Source: Candidatus Acetothermia bacterium (GTDB taxonomy: Bacteria > Bipolaricaulota > Bipolaricaulia > Bipolaricaulales > Bipolaricaulaceae). Taken from it: DNA of 64,000 nucleotides. Below the pieces are notes generated by a model. That model was not told the DNA's origin and did no database searches. It worked only from the letters and a program-made list of their open reading frames with translations. The stretch is taken from assembly GCA_003566155.1 (NCBI GenBank), contig PXEP01000172.1:1408-65407 (forward strand). Direction: 5' to 3'. Numbering within the stretch: position 1 is the stretch's first letter; each line of letters opens with the position of its first letter. This document shows positions 35,464 through 44,045 of this stretch, in pieces. The position numbers were made by a program, and so were the translations under genes.

Positions 35464-36171
35464 CTAGACCCAGCCTCCGCGACGGGGCTCCTTCCCTGCC
35501 CCCGGCGGGGAAGGAGCGTACGAACAGGTCGTACCCAGAGGACACCCAGTACACAAAGGGCGGATCCTGCAGTGTTCTTTGGCATGCCGAACCAGCAGCG
35601 CATGGAACTCTCTGTACAGCGCAACGTCGGCCGGCAGATGATCGGTGAACAGCCGCGCAACCTGTTCATAGCGAACACCGTCAGAAGGTAGGATCGCTAA
35701 TCGGTGGAGGATTCGTTTGGTATATCCGTCCACGACGAACACAGCCCGTCCTGCGGCGTACAGGATGATGACGTCGGCCGTTTCCGGACCGATACCGGGC
35801 AGTGCAAGGAGTTCTTCACGTAGAGTGTGCGTGGGCAGGCTGAAGATTCTGCCCAAGCCGCCCTTCTTCTCGATGTATGTAACAAGGCCCAGAAGCCGAG
35901 CTGCCTTCTGCTGGTGAAAACCGCTCGGCCTGATTAGCGCCGAGAGCTGGGCGAGGGAAAGCCTCCCGAGGGCCTCCGGAGTCAGTAGGTTCTCTGCCCG
36001 CAAGTTCTCGATGGCGTACTGCACGTTGCGCCATGAGGTAGCTTGGGTGAGCACCGCTCCAAGCATGACCTCAAACGGGCTGTCCGCAGGCCACCAGCCT
36101 TGCGGGCCGTAGGCGTCCATGAGCATGGAGAACAGTTGCTGGATGTCCCGCTCTTTGTGTTGTTGTGCCAT
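35464..36171 (-). CDS. endonuclease III-related HhH-GPD protein
   Basis: ATG 36169-36171 (MAQQHKERD..) within ORF 35464..36399(-). ...WWPADSPFEVMLGAVLTQATSWRNV...LLALPGIGPETADVIILYA..RAVFVVDGYTKRI...C.IRPLCTGCPL...C. Confidence 0.82.
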   Translation of the reverse strand: MAQQHKERDIQQLFSMLMDAYGPQGWWPADSPFEVMLGAVLTQATSWRNVQYAIENLRAENLLTPEALGRLSLAQLSALIRPSGFHQQKAARLLGLVTYIEKKGGLGRIFSLPTHTLREELLALPGIGPETADVIILYAAGRAVFVVDGYTKRILHRLAILPSDGVRYEQVARLFTDHLPADVALYREFHALLVRHAKEHCRIRPLCTGCPLGTTCSYAPSPPGAGKEPRRGGWV

Positions 36172-36428
36172 TGGCCGGTTATTGTGCTCTGAACAAGCGG
36201 CAATGGTCCAGCCGGGCCTGCCCGGACCAGGGCGATATGCATATACTATGCGCCAACAGCTCGGCAAGGGTTGTCTACTGCGGCAGTCTTGATTGTCAGG
36301 CCAGCCCCAAAGCAGCGGACAAGCTGGAGCGGCTCGGTTTCTGGAACGTGTGGGACTACGCTGGTGGAAAGTCCGATTGGATAGAAGCCGGATACCCACT
36401 GGAACGAGGAGAAGGAGCCGAGGCCTGA
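36165..36428 (+). pseudogene. rhodanese-domain remnant (C-terminal half only)
   Basis: ORF 36165..36428 (GTG; internal ATG at 36237). Only ARVVYCGSLDCQASPKAADKLERLGFWNVWDYAGGKSDWIEAGYPLE looks rhodanese-like. The N-terminal beta-alpha half with the usual D-V-R / GHIPGA region is absent, and the 5' end abuts the divergent glycosylase gene. Confidence 0.5.
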
Positions 36429-36431
36429 GGG

Positions 36432-36465
36432 CCGCCGGCGAAGCGCGGCGGGGCTTTCGTTTGTC
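36432..36465 (+). terminator. intrinsic-terminator-like hairpin plus T-rich tail
   Basis: CCGCCG(G)CG - AAG - CG CGGCGG stem (36432-36451, one bulge), followed by GGCTTTCGTTTGTC. Begins 4 nt after the TGA of the rhodanese remnant. Confidence 0.55.
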
Positions 36466-36494
36466 GGCCGGTCCATGTCCTGTACAGTGGACAC

Positions 36495-37088
36495 GTGGCT
36501 AACGATGAACCGAGAAAGCACGGGCGCCTGCGGGTCGCGGGGAGCGCAGCCTACGCTGCTGCAGGTCTGATATTCCTGTCCACTGTGCTAATGGTGATCG
36601 GCGGAGGAGTTGATGTCGGTGACCAGCTGGCGATGGATACGGGGACGCTGATCATGCTATCCCTGTGGCTGGCGCTGGTGATCTTACCTCTGTGGGGCGT
36701 TCGTTGGATCCATCCCGATAGTTTTGTACGCAAGGTTGTGGCGGTGTTCGTCTGTCTTCTGGTCTTGGGGGAGCTCTCCGTTGCTGGCCGTTCGTTTGCC
36801 GAGGCGGCGGGGGCTGCGGCGGGACTCCTCTACATAGCGTCAGGAGTTGTCTCTGCGCTCTTGCTGGCTGCAGGTCTTGGCCTGGCTCTCCTGTGGAGGC
36901 GGCGGCCGCAGGGACTGCAGGGGCTGCACGGGGAGCTTTCGTGGGGGCTGATCGCCTATGTGGTCCTTAGTGCGGGGTCCGTGTTGCTGCCCGAGGTGCT
37001 CCTTCCGCTGGCGGGAGTGGCGTTGACAGTGGTGTACATCGGCCTGGGCATCGTTCTGCGGAGGGCCGCACGAGATGCCGCCCGATGA
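36495..37088 (+). CDS. hypothetical polytopic membrane protein
   Basis: 197 aa with about 5-6 hydrophobic segments rich in L/A/G/V. No recognisable motif. Confidence 0.6.
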   Translation: MANDEPRKHGRLRVAGSAAYAAAGLIFLSTVLMVIGGGVDVGDQLAMDTGTLIMLSLWLALVILPLWGVRWIHPDSFVRKVVAVFVCLLVLGELSVAGRSFAEAAGAAAGLLYIASGVVSALLLAAGLGLALLWRRRPQGLQGLHGELSWGLIAYVVLSAGSVLLPEVLLPLAGVALTVVYIGLGIVLRRAARDAAR

Positions 37089-37629
37089 GAAGTGCCTGGA
37101 ACGTGCTCTTCTTTGGCACTGTAGTGTCCACGGATGTCTGCTTCCGGCCGAGGCAGTGAAGCTGCTCTTTCAGGCAGTGTTGGGGATGGATCATCTGTTG
37201 GCGGACCGGGAGGCGTTCGCCCGGGCACTCGAGCGGGAATGGGAGGCATTGGCATTGCCTTATCCGCAGGAAAGGCTGCTTGAACCCGTCCATCCGGGCA
37301 GGAAGACTGTGCGCATCAACCTGCGGGTGAGCAAGGGATCTGCGATTAGCGCCCGCGAGCTTATTTCGTTTCTCGCCGAGCAGCCGCTTGTAGAAGGCAG
37401 CTGGGACGAGCTTGAGGAAGTAGCCTGTTGGTCGGTGGCTGCTGCCCGGCGGGGCAGGATACCTATTTCCCCAAGGGGATTGGAGGAACAATGGCGAAGG
37501 GCCTTGGATCGGGGGCACCCGCCCCACCATTCCCCCCACTACCGGGAACGGGTGAAGCCGGCCTATCGGCTGGTCCACGAAGCAGACGACGAACGCTTTG
37601 TGAAGCTGCTTCGTACAATTGCTGGGTGA
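37075..37629 (+). CDS. hypothetical soluble protein
   Basis: 184 aa with a protein-like E/L/A/R composition. Overlaps the preceding membrane-protein gene by 14 nt. The competing antisense ORF 36967..37734 is R/P/S-rich junk. Family not recognised. Confidence 0.55.
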   Translation: MPPDEKCLERALLWHCSVHGCLLPAEAVKLLFQAVLGMDHLLADREAFARALEREWEALALPYPQERLLEPVHPGRKTVRINLRVSKGSAISARELISFLAEQPLVEGSWDELEEVACWSVAAARRGRIPISPRGLEEQWRRALDRGHPPHHSPHYRERVKPAYRLVHEADDERFVKLLRTIAG

Positions 37630-37634
37630 TGAGC

Positions 37635-38777
37635 CTAGGTGTCCTCGGCTAGGTGGGCGTGTATTTCCGGCATCCAACGGGAGACTTCTATCCCTTGGGG
37701 ACAGCTCTCTTCGCAGGCCCGGCAGGCGGTGCACTTATCGGCACGCCGTTCCTCGCCGAGCATGCGGTAGCCCATCCGCCCGCGGCGCAGGTCGTCGAAC
37801 GCGACGGCGTTGTTATAGTGCTCAAACACCTTAGGAATGGCTACCCCGCTGGGACAAGGGAGACAATACTCACAGCCGGTACAGGGGACGGGTTTCAGCG
37901 ATAGGTACGCTTCCCGTAACCGGTCGAACCAAGTGCGCTCCTCGGTGGTGAGAATTCCCGGAGCGGAGCGGTCAGCTGCTTGTACGTTCTCTTGCACCTG
38001 CTGCAATGTGCTCATCCCGCTCAGCACGACCTGGACCTCCGGTTGATCCCACAGCCACTGCAGGGCCCACTCCACGCGCGACCATGGCCGCCCTGCCTCC
38101 TGCCAGATCCGAGCGACCGCTGGCGGGGGCTGTTTGACCAATTGTCCGCCGCGGAGAGGCTCCATGATCACAACCCCCAAGCCGCGTTGGGAGGCATATT
38201 GAAGCCCGTCGCGCCCAGCCTGATAGTGGACATCCACATAGTTGTACTGGATCTGACAGAGGGACCAGTTATCGTAGCCGTCCACGATTTCCTTGAACAC
38301 GGGCAGCTTATCGTGAAACGAAAAGCCCAAGTGTCCGATCCGGCCGCCGGCCATCGCCCTCTCCGCCCGGGAGAGGATGTCAAGATCACGCATTTTGGTC
38401 CAGCTCTTTTCGTTGAGGGCATGCAGGAGATAGAAGTCTACATGATCGCGTTGCAGGCGCTTCAGTTGCTCGTCCAGTAAGCGGTCAAAGTCGTCCTGTT
38501 GTTCCACCTTCCAGCAGGGCAGCTTGGTGGCCACACGGGCCCGTTTCCGATAGGAACCTTGGAGGACACGCCCGAGGAACTCCTCCGAGGCACCGCCATG
38601 ATATGGGTAGGCGGTGTCGACATAGTTGACGCCGTGGTCCAGTGCGTAATAGAGCATCTCGGCGGCCCGGTCCTCGTCAATGTTGGATTGATCATCGCCA
38701 AGGGTGGGAAAGCGCATTGCCCCGAAGCCAAGTACCGACGCTTGCCAATCGAGTTTACCCAGCGTTCTGAATGTCAT
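37635..38777 (-). CDS. aldo/keto reductase with C-terminal 4Fe-4S ferredoxin-type domain
   Basis: 380 aa: ...LGFGAMRFP...GVNYVDTAYPYHGGASEEFLG...; the C-terminus has CTGCEYCLPCP and CTACRACEESCP. Confidence 0.88.
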   Translation of the reverse strand: MTFRTLGKLDWQASVLGFGAMRFPTLGDDQSNIDEDRAAEMLYYALDHGVNYVDTAYPYHGGASEEFLGRVLQGSYRKRARVATKLPCWKVEQQDDFDRLLDEQLKRLQRDHVDFYLLHALNEKSWTKMRDLDILSRAERAMAGGRIGHLGFSFHDKLPVFKEIVDGYDNWSLCQIQYNYVDVHYQAGRDGLQYASQRGLGVVIMEPLRGGQLVKQPPPAVARIWQEAGRPWSRVEWALQWLWDQPEVQVVLSGMSTLQQVQENVQAADRSAPGILTTEERTWFDRLREAYLSLKPVPCTGCEYCLPCPSGVAIPKVFEHYNNAVAFDDLRRGRMGYRMLGEERRADKCTACRACEESCPQGIEVSRWMPEIHAHLAEDT

Positions 38778-38992
38778 GCCTTCACGTTACCCGGTCCACG
38801 TCCGCCGTCAACCTGCGGCACGGGTGAGGGGTTGAGCGTGTTCAGCTGCACTGAGCATCACCTTGGAGCGATCCCCGGTTCGAGCTTATGGTGTACAAGA
38901 TGCCCAAGAGGGCTGCCTGAGGAGCTCCGCAGTTCATGGGGAAACTGCAGTTGGGTGCTTGCCCTGCGGAAGGCGCCGTAGGAGGTGCGTAC

Positions 38993-39547
38993 ATGATGGA
39001 GCAACACGAGCGGACGATTCACGGGACCGTAATCCGGCTTGTGCGGGGGGACATCACCCAGCAGAGGACCGATGCGGTGGTCAACGCGGCGAATCCTGAT
39101 TTGGCGCCGGGAGGGGGCGTGGCGGGGGCGATTCACAGAGTGGGGGGAAGGGAGATCACCGAGCGCTGTGCCGACATCCGCCGACAGCAGGGGCCCCTGC
39201 CCACCGGGGAGGCGGTGCTGACGCCCGGGGGTGACCTTCCGGCCTCGTGGGTGATCCACACAGTGGGACCCGTGTGGCACGGCGGGCAGGGCGGTGAACC
39301 GGAGCTTCTGGCCCGGTGTTACCGTTCGTGCCTGACCCTGGCGCGGGACAAAGGATTGCGCTCGATGAGCTTTCCCAGCCTGTCTACCGGGGCCTATGGT
39401 TTCCCGACCGAACAGGCCGCGCCGGTTGCACTGCAGGTGGTGGCGGATTTCCTGATGGACAACCCTGGGGAACTCTATGAGGTGCGGTTTGTGCTGTTCT
39501 CTGAGCGGGATACCGCGCTGTATGCACAGTCGCTCAGTGCCCTATAA
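38993..39547 (+). CDS. macro domain protein (O-acetyl-ADP-ribose deacetylase-like)
   Basis: ATG 38993 after AGGAGG, within ORF 38936..39547. ...LVRGDITQQRTDAVVNAANPDLAPGGGVAGAIH...WVIHTVGPVW...SFPSLSTGAYGFP. Confidence 0.9.
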   Translation: MMEQHERTIHGTVIRLVRGDITQQRTDAVVNAANPDLAPGGGVAGAIHRVGGREITERCADIRRQQGPLPTGEAVLTPGGDLPASWVIHTVGPVWHGGQGGEPELLARCYRSCLTLARDKGLRSMSFPSLSTGAYGFPTEQAAPVALQVVADFLMDNPGELYEVRFVLFSERDTALYAQSLSAL

Positions 39548-39553
39548 TCATCT

Positions 39554-41275
39554 ATGGATCATGTAGAACAGACGAAGCCCAGGGACACGGCACAGGTCAC
39601 CTTCCCCGACAGGCGGGTGTTTGAGGGGGCGGTGGGGACGCCATTGGCTTCCTACACCCGGGCAGCGTATCCGGATGCCGATGCTCCTCCAGTGGCCGCG
39701 TTGATGAACGACGAGCTGGCTGAGCTCTGTACCCCGGTGAATCGTGATGTCGATGTGCGCCCCGTGTTGACCTCCGACTCGGAAGGAATCCGCATCTACG
39801 TTCGGTCACTCAGCTTCCTATTGGTGGCGGCAGCAGAACAGGAGTGTCCGGGAGCGCGGTTGGTGGTGGACCATTCGGTGCCGTTCGGCGGCTATTACTG
39901 TCGTCCGTTGGAGCGGGAGCCGCTGTCCTCCGAGGAACTGGAGGGCCTGGAGGCTCGTATGCGGAGCATGGTGGAAGCGGACTTGCCCATCTCCAAGGAG
40001 CATGTGTCCAAAGAGGAAGCCTGTCGCTGGTTTGCCGAAAACGGAGCCCAACACAAAGCGGATTTATTCCGGTATGCCTGGGATGAACCGACGGTCCCTC
40101 TGTACAGATTGGCATCAACGCGGGACTACTTCTTTGGCCCGCTGGTTCACTCGACAGGGTGTCTTCGACATTTCACACTGGAGCGTTACCACGACGGGTT
40201 CATCCTCCGCTTTCCCCGCCGGGAGCGTCCCCACACCCTGATGGAGCCGGAGGACTACGGCGTGCTGTGGCAGGTGTTTCAAGAATACGTTCGCTGGCTT
40301 GAGCTTCTGGGGGTGTACGATGCGTGGACGGTCAACGAGGCCGCGACCAGCGGTCGGTTGAGCGAGGTCATCCTGGTATCGGAAGCGCTCCACGAGCTAA
40401 GGGTCGGAGAGATCGCCTGCCGCATCGGTGAGCTTCCCGAGGAGAAGCGTCGGGTGGTGCTGGTAGCTGGACCGAGTTCCGCGGGCAAGACGACGTTCAG
40501 CAAACGGTTGGCTGTGCAGCTATTGGCCCAGGGATTGCGTCCGTACCCGGTGGCTATGGATGACTATTTCCTCCCTCGAGCGGAGATGGCCCGCCGCGGG
40601 CTCACCGATTTTGACCATCCGGCGGCGGTGGATTTGCCGTTGTTTCAAAAGCAGGTTCAGGAATTGCTCGACGGTCGGCAGGTGCGCCTGCCACGGTTCG
40701 ATTTCCCCACCGGTGAGCGGCAGGAGGGGGAAGAGTTGCGTCTGGGGTCTGACGCAGTGTTGCTGGTGGAGGGTTTGCATTGCCTGAACCCGGAAACCCT
40801 TCCGGGTGAGCTGGGAACACATGCGTTTCGCATCTATGTCTCTGCGCTGACGCAGCTCAATTTGGACGACCATGTGCGTATCTCCACGACCGACACCCGC
40901 CTTCTGCGCCGCCTGGTGCGGGATGTGGCCTATCGTGGTTATTCCCCGGAGGACACGCTTAGGATGTGGCCGCATGTACGGCGGGCGGAGAAGCGACACG
41001 TCTTCCCACATCAGGGGCGAGCAGATGTAATGTTCAACTCTGCGTTGGCCTACGAATGGTCGGTCCTTCGTCCGCTGGTCGAGCCGTTGCTGCGGCAGGT
41101 GAGGGGTCCGCGCCGTCGGCTCGAGGCGCAGCGAATATTGGACACGTTGCGATGGTTCAGACCCTATCCCAAGGAGGAGATTCCCGCTACGTCGATTCTG
41201 CGTGAGTTCGTCGGCGGGGGGATACTGGTCGACTACTACCCGAGCCCCGACGAGCGGGCGGCAAGGAGGAGATGA
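39554..41275 (+). CDS. TGS + ThrRS/AlaRS second-additional-domain (SAD)-like N-terminal region fused to a uridine/nucleoside kinase domain
   Basis: 573 aa. The N-terminal ~300 aa resemble the ThrRS N-terminal TGS/SAD region. A P-loop kinase half follows: VLVAGPSSAGKTTFSKRL...DDYF...FDHPAAVD...LLVEGLHCLNP...DTRLLRRLVRD..YRG. Confidence 0.75.
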   Translation: MDHVEQTKPRDTAQVTFPDRRVFEGAVGTPLASYTRAAYPDADAPPVAALMNDELAELCTPVNRDVDVRPVLTSDSEGIRIYVRSLSFLLVAAAEQECPGARLVVDHSVPFGGYYCRPLEREPLSSEELEGLEARMRSMVEADLPISKEHVSKEEACRWFAENGAQHKADLFRYAWDEPTVPLYRLASTRDYFFGPLVHSTGCLRHFTLERYHDGFILRFPRRERPHTLMEPEDYGVLWQVFQEYVRWLELLGVYDAWTVNEAATSGRLSEVILVSEALHELRVGEIACRIGELPEEKRRVVLVAGPSSAGKTTFSKRLAVQLLAQGLRPYPVAMDDYFLPRAEMARRGLTDFDHPAAVDLPLFQKQVQELLDGRQVRLPRFDFPTGERQEGEELRLGSDAVLLVEGLHCLNPETLPGELGTHAFRIYVSALTQLNLDDHVRISTTDTRLLRRLVRDVAYRGYSPEDTLRMWPHVRRAEKRHVFPHQGRADVMFNSALAYEWSVLRPLVEPLLRQVRGPRRRLEAQRILDTLRWFRPYPKEEIPATSILREFVGGGILVDYYPSPDERAARRR

Positions 41276-41781
41276 TCATGAGTGCATCGCCATGGAAGCA
41301 GTTCGACGCAATGCAGGAGCAGATTGGTAGCAGAGGTGCGTTCCTGATAAGCCAGGCGGAGGGAAGTACACCCAACCCGATGACCATCGGCTGGGGCCTG
41401 GGGGGGTCCTGTTGGGGCCGAGCGGTGTTCCTGGTATTGGTGCGGCCGTCTCGCTACACGCACGGTCTCATTGAACACAGCGGCGAGTTTTGCGTAAGCA
41501 TCCCGGATTCCGGATTGGATAAGGAATTGGCCTTCTGCGGGAGCAAGTCCGGCCGGGAAGTCGACAAGGTCCAGGAGCTTTCTTTGGGATTGGTTTCCGG
41601 TAGCCATGTTTCCGTGCCCACCTTGGACATCCCGGGTGTGCATTACGAGTGCCGGGTCGTAGCTAAGACTCGTCTGACCGAGGACGGTCTGCTGGACACG
41701 GACCTGCGGGATCGCCATTACCCGAAAGGGGACTTGCACACGCTCTATTTTGGTCAGGTGCTGGCAGTGCACCGCCGCTAG
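41272..41781 (+). CDS. flavin reductase-like FMN-binding domain protein
   Basis: 169 aa, ATGA overlap with the upstream gene. ...NPMTIGWGLGGSCWGRAVFLVLVRPSRYTHGLIEHSGEFCVSIP.... Confidence 0.8.
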   Translation: MIMSASPWKQFDAMQEQIGSRGAFLISQAEGSTPNPMTIGWGLGGSCWGRAVFLVLVRPSRYTHGLIEHSGEFCVSIPDSGLDKELAFCGSKSGREVDKVQELSLGLVSGSHVSVPTLDIPGVHYECRVVAKTRLTEDGLLDTDLRDRHYPKGDLHTLYFGQVLAVHRR

Positions 41782-41835
41782 TCTTTCCTAAGGGGGTCCG
41801 GATTGGGCTGTCCGGACCCCCTGGTCTGTCCCGGT

Positions 41836-42597
41836 TCAGTCTTCGTCCTCCGGGTCTGGTTGGGGATCCGGATCGGGAGTAACGTCCGGGAGACGGTCGA
41901 GCTCCCGCCGGTCGATCTCGGGCCAGCCGTCGGCGGGCGTCGGGCCCATTCCGCCGAACCCGAGCCGCACGGCAAAAAACGGCGCGCCGATGTCCACTTG
42001 GCCGCCGGCGATCTCGCGCCCGTCGTCTTGCCAGCGGCCGGGGAAGCCGATCAGGTACCCGGCCCATCCGTCTAGGGAAAGCCACTCCAAAAGCTGTATC
42101 TGCATCCTCAGGTGGACCATCCCGCCGAAGAACCCACGATCAAGATAAACGGTCGTTGGATCCTCGAGTGCGTCGCTGAGGTCCTCCGGATCGCGTGCGC
42201 GTACGGTAAGCTGTAGAGAGCCACCGCCGAGTACTGCTCCTACACCGACCAGCACCCCCTCGGCAGCACGCTCCAGCCGCTCGATCGTCATTCCGCCGAA
42301 GGAAAGCTCAAGTGAAGCGCTTCGCCGGCCGGCGATGGCATCGGTTGTGCCGCCGAATCCGATTCCACCGAACGCCGGGCCCTTAGTCACTCCGCCGACG
42401 CCTCCCCCTCCGGTCACCAGCATATGCCCGGGAAGGGTGGGGTAGCCCGCGGCCGAAAGCTCCGCGTTGAGCGCGGTGAGATCCAGGTGAGTTATGAGGC
42501 CCAACATCGGCCCGCCGAGGCCAAATCCGATTTCCTCTCCCGATCCGGCGAACGACAGAAGTAGCGCCAATAGAACTGCCAACAGCCACTTGCTCAT
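41836..42597 (-). CDS. secreted glycine-rich hypothetical protein with acidic Pro/Asp tail
   Basis: 253 aa. Signal peptide MSKWLLAVLLALLLSFAGSG, many GG/FGG motifs with amphipathic strand-like segments, and a C-terminal DVTPDPDPQPDPEDED. Confidence 0.65.
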   Translation of the reverse strand: MSKWLLAVLLALLLSFAGSGEEIGFGLGGPMLGLITHLDLTALNAELSAAGYPTLPGHMLVTGGGGVGGVTKGPAFGGIGFGGTTDAIAGRRSASLELSFGGMTIERLERAAEGVLVGVGAVLGGGSLQLTVRARDPEDLSDALEDPTTVYLDRGFFGGMVHLRMQIQLLEWLSLDGWAGYLIGFPGRWQDDGREIAGGQVDIGAPFFAVRLGFGGMGPTPADGWPEIDRRELDRLPDVTPDPDPQPDPEDED

Positions 42598-42698
42598 TGC
42601 TCCCTCCTTTGTCCACCACTTTACCGACCCGCGCTGGCCTGGGCCAACGATCCGGCGACCGACTCGCGCCGATCTGGGGCATGCGCTATGGTGACCCC

Positions 42699-44045
42699 AT
42701 GGACGAACTCAGGATATGCGGCGGCACTGTGGTTACACCCGGGGGAGGTCGTCGGGCGGATCTTCTGATCCGAGATGGGCGTATTGTCAAGGTGGGCCGG
42801 GTTCCCTCCGGACCGGCGCAGGAGTCGGCCCACGGCCTGGTAGTGCTACCCGGCGCGGTGGACGCCCATGTGCACTTTTCGTTGCCGGTTGCCGGCACGC
42901 GCAGTGCGGACGACTTTCGGTCAGGAACCTTGGCCGCGGCGAGTGGCGGAGTGACTACGGTGATCGACTTCACGTTGGGGGCGGCGGAAGTTTCCCTCCC
43001 CGATGCAATTGAACGTCGCCTAACTCAGGCATCGGATGCCGTGGTCGACTACGCCCTGCGCGCGGAGATGATCGGGTGGTCGTCGGAGCGGCGGCAGGAG
43101 ATGCACGAGGCGCAGCAGTTGGGTGTGCGTTCGTTCAAGTTCTACCTAAGCTATGCGGAGTCGGGCCGTCGCACGCCGCTTGGGGTCATGCGAGAAGCGA
43201 TGAGCACGATCCAGCAGCTGGGTGGAGTGGCCATGGTGCACGCAGAAGCCCAAGAATTGACTGTGCCGGAGGGGGGACCGACCCCAGGCGCCCGCCCGCC
43301 GGTGGCCGAGGCAGTGGCGGTGGCCGAGGTGGGGGAGCTGGCCGCCGACACCGGGTGCCGGTCGTACATTGCCCACGTATCCAGTGCAGCGGGGCTGGCT
43401 GCCTTGCAGGCCGCTCAGGGGCGGGGTGCCCCCGTGGTCGGGGAGACCTGCCCGCACTATCTGCTTCTCACCGAGGAGGACTATCGCCGCGACGAGGGGT
43501 ACCTGTTCTCCGTGGTCCCCCCCCTGAGGACGACGCGGGATCAAGATGCCCTATGGCGGGGTCTCCGGCGCAATGTGTTTCAGGCCGTGGCAACCGATCA
43601 TTGCCCGTTCACCAAGAACCAGAAACGCTTGGGCTGGGAGTATCCCGCCACCCTGCCCGCGGGGCTCCCCGGGGTAGAGCTTCTGCCATCGCTCCTTCTG
43701 TCCGCAGGGTGGGCCAAAGGACGGCTGTCGCTCAAGCAGATCGCTTGGTGCCTCGCCGAGGGACCTGCCCGCGCGTTCGGCCTATGGCCCCGCAAGGGCG
43801 CGATCGCGCCCGGTGCGGATGCTGATCTTCTTCTTTGGGATCCTGTTGGACAACGTACAGTGGACGAGGTCGCGCTCATGAGCGAGTCGGACTTCTCTCC
43901 CTATGGTGGGCTGGACTTGGTCGGTCGCCCTGTGGGCGTCCTTTCCCGGGGTGAGTGGTTGTACCGGGAGGGAGAAATGCTTGGAACGCCCGGCCGAGGG
44001 CGGTTCGTTCCATGGATAGAGGAGCGCGCGGGTGTATCTGCTTGA
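42699..44045 (+). CDS. cyclic amidohydrolase, dihydropyrimidinase/D-hydantoinase-like
   Basis: ATG 42699 (GGTGA 4 nt upstream; alternative ATG 42681) within ORF 42597..44045. MDELRICGGTVVTPGG...VLPGAVDAHVHF...GGVTTVIDF...VRSFKFYLSY (carboxylated-Lys context)...VHAE...IAHVSS...ATDHCPF. Confidence 0.85.
   Translation: MDELRICGGTVVTPGGGRRADLLIRDGRIVKVGRVPSGPAQESAHGLVVLPGAVDAHVHFSLPVAGTRSADDFRSGTLAAASGGVTTVIDFTLGAAEVSLPDAIERRLTQASDAVVDYALRAEMIGWSSERRQEMHEAQQLGVRSFKFYLSYAESGRRTPLGVMREAMSTIQQLGGVAMVHAEAQELTVPEGGPTPGARPPVAEAVAVAEVGELAADTGCRSYIAHVSSAAGLAALQAAQGRGAPVVGETCPHYLLLTEEDYRRDEGYLFSVVPPLRTTRDQDALWRGLRRNVFQAVATDHCPFTKNQKRLGWEYPATLPAGLPGVELLPSLLLSAGWAKGRLSLKQIAWCLAEGPARAFGLWPRKGAIAPGADADLLLWDPVGQRTVDEVALMSESDFSPYGGLDLVGRPVGVLSRGEWLYREGEMLGTPGRGRFVPWIEERAGVSA

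Noticed and set aside
36366-36375. GGAAAGTCCG, which resembles the universally conserved RNase P RNA P4 strand
   Set aside because: The flanks do not continue as GAGGAAAGUCCGGGC. The motif lies inside the rhodanese-like reading frame, and no matching downstream P4 strand or ~350-nt non-coding space exists.
36967-37734. 255-aa minus-strand ORF competing with the hypothetical gene 37075..37629(+)
   Set aside because: The minus-strand translation is dominated by P/R/G/S runs. The plus-strand product has balanced composition and an operon-like overlap with the upstream gene. I therefore kept the plus-strand call, at modest confidence.
38877-38885. GGTTCGAGC T-loop-like motif in the 215-bp AKR/macro divergent region (possible tRNA)
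   Set aside because: No complementary T-stem, acceptor stem or anticodon arm can be drawn around it.
43076-43825. 249-aa alternative-frame ORF inside the hydantoinase-like gene
   Set aside because: It is an out-of-frame overlap with a gene that carries clear amidohydrolase motifs. Its own translation is a G/R/A/P low-complexity string.
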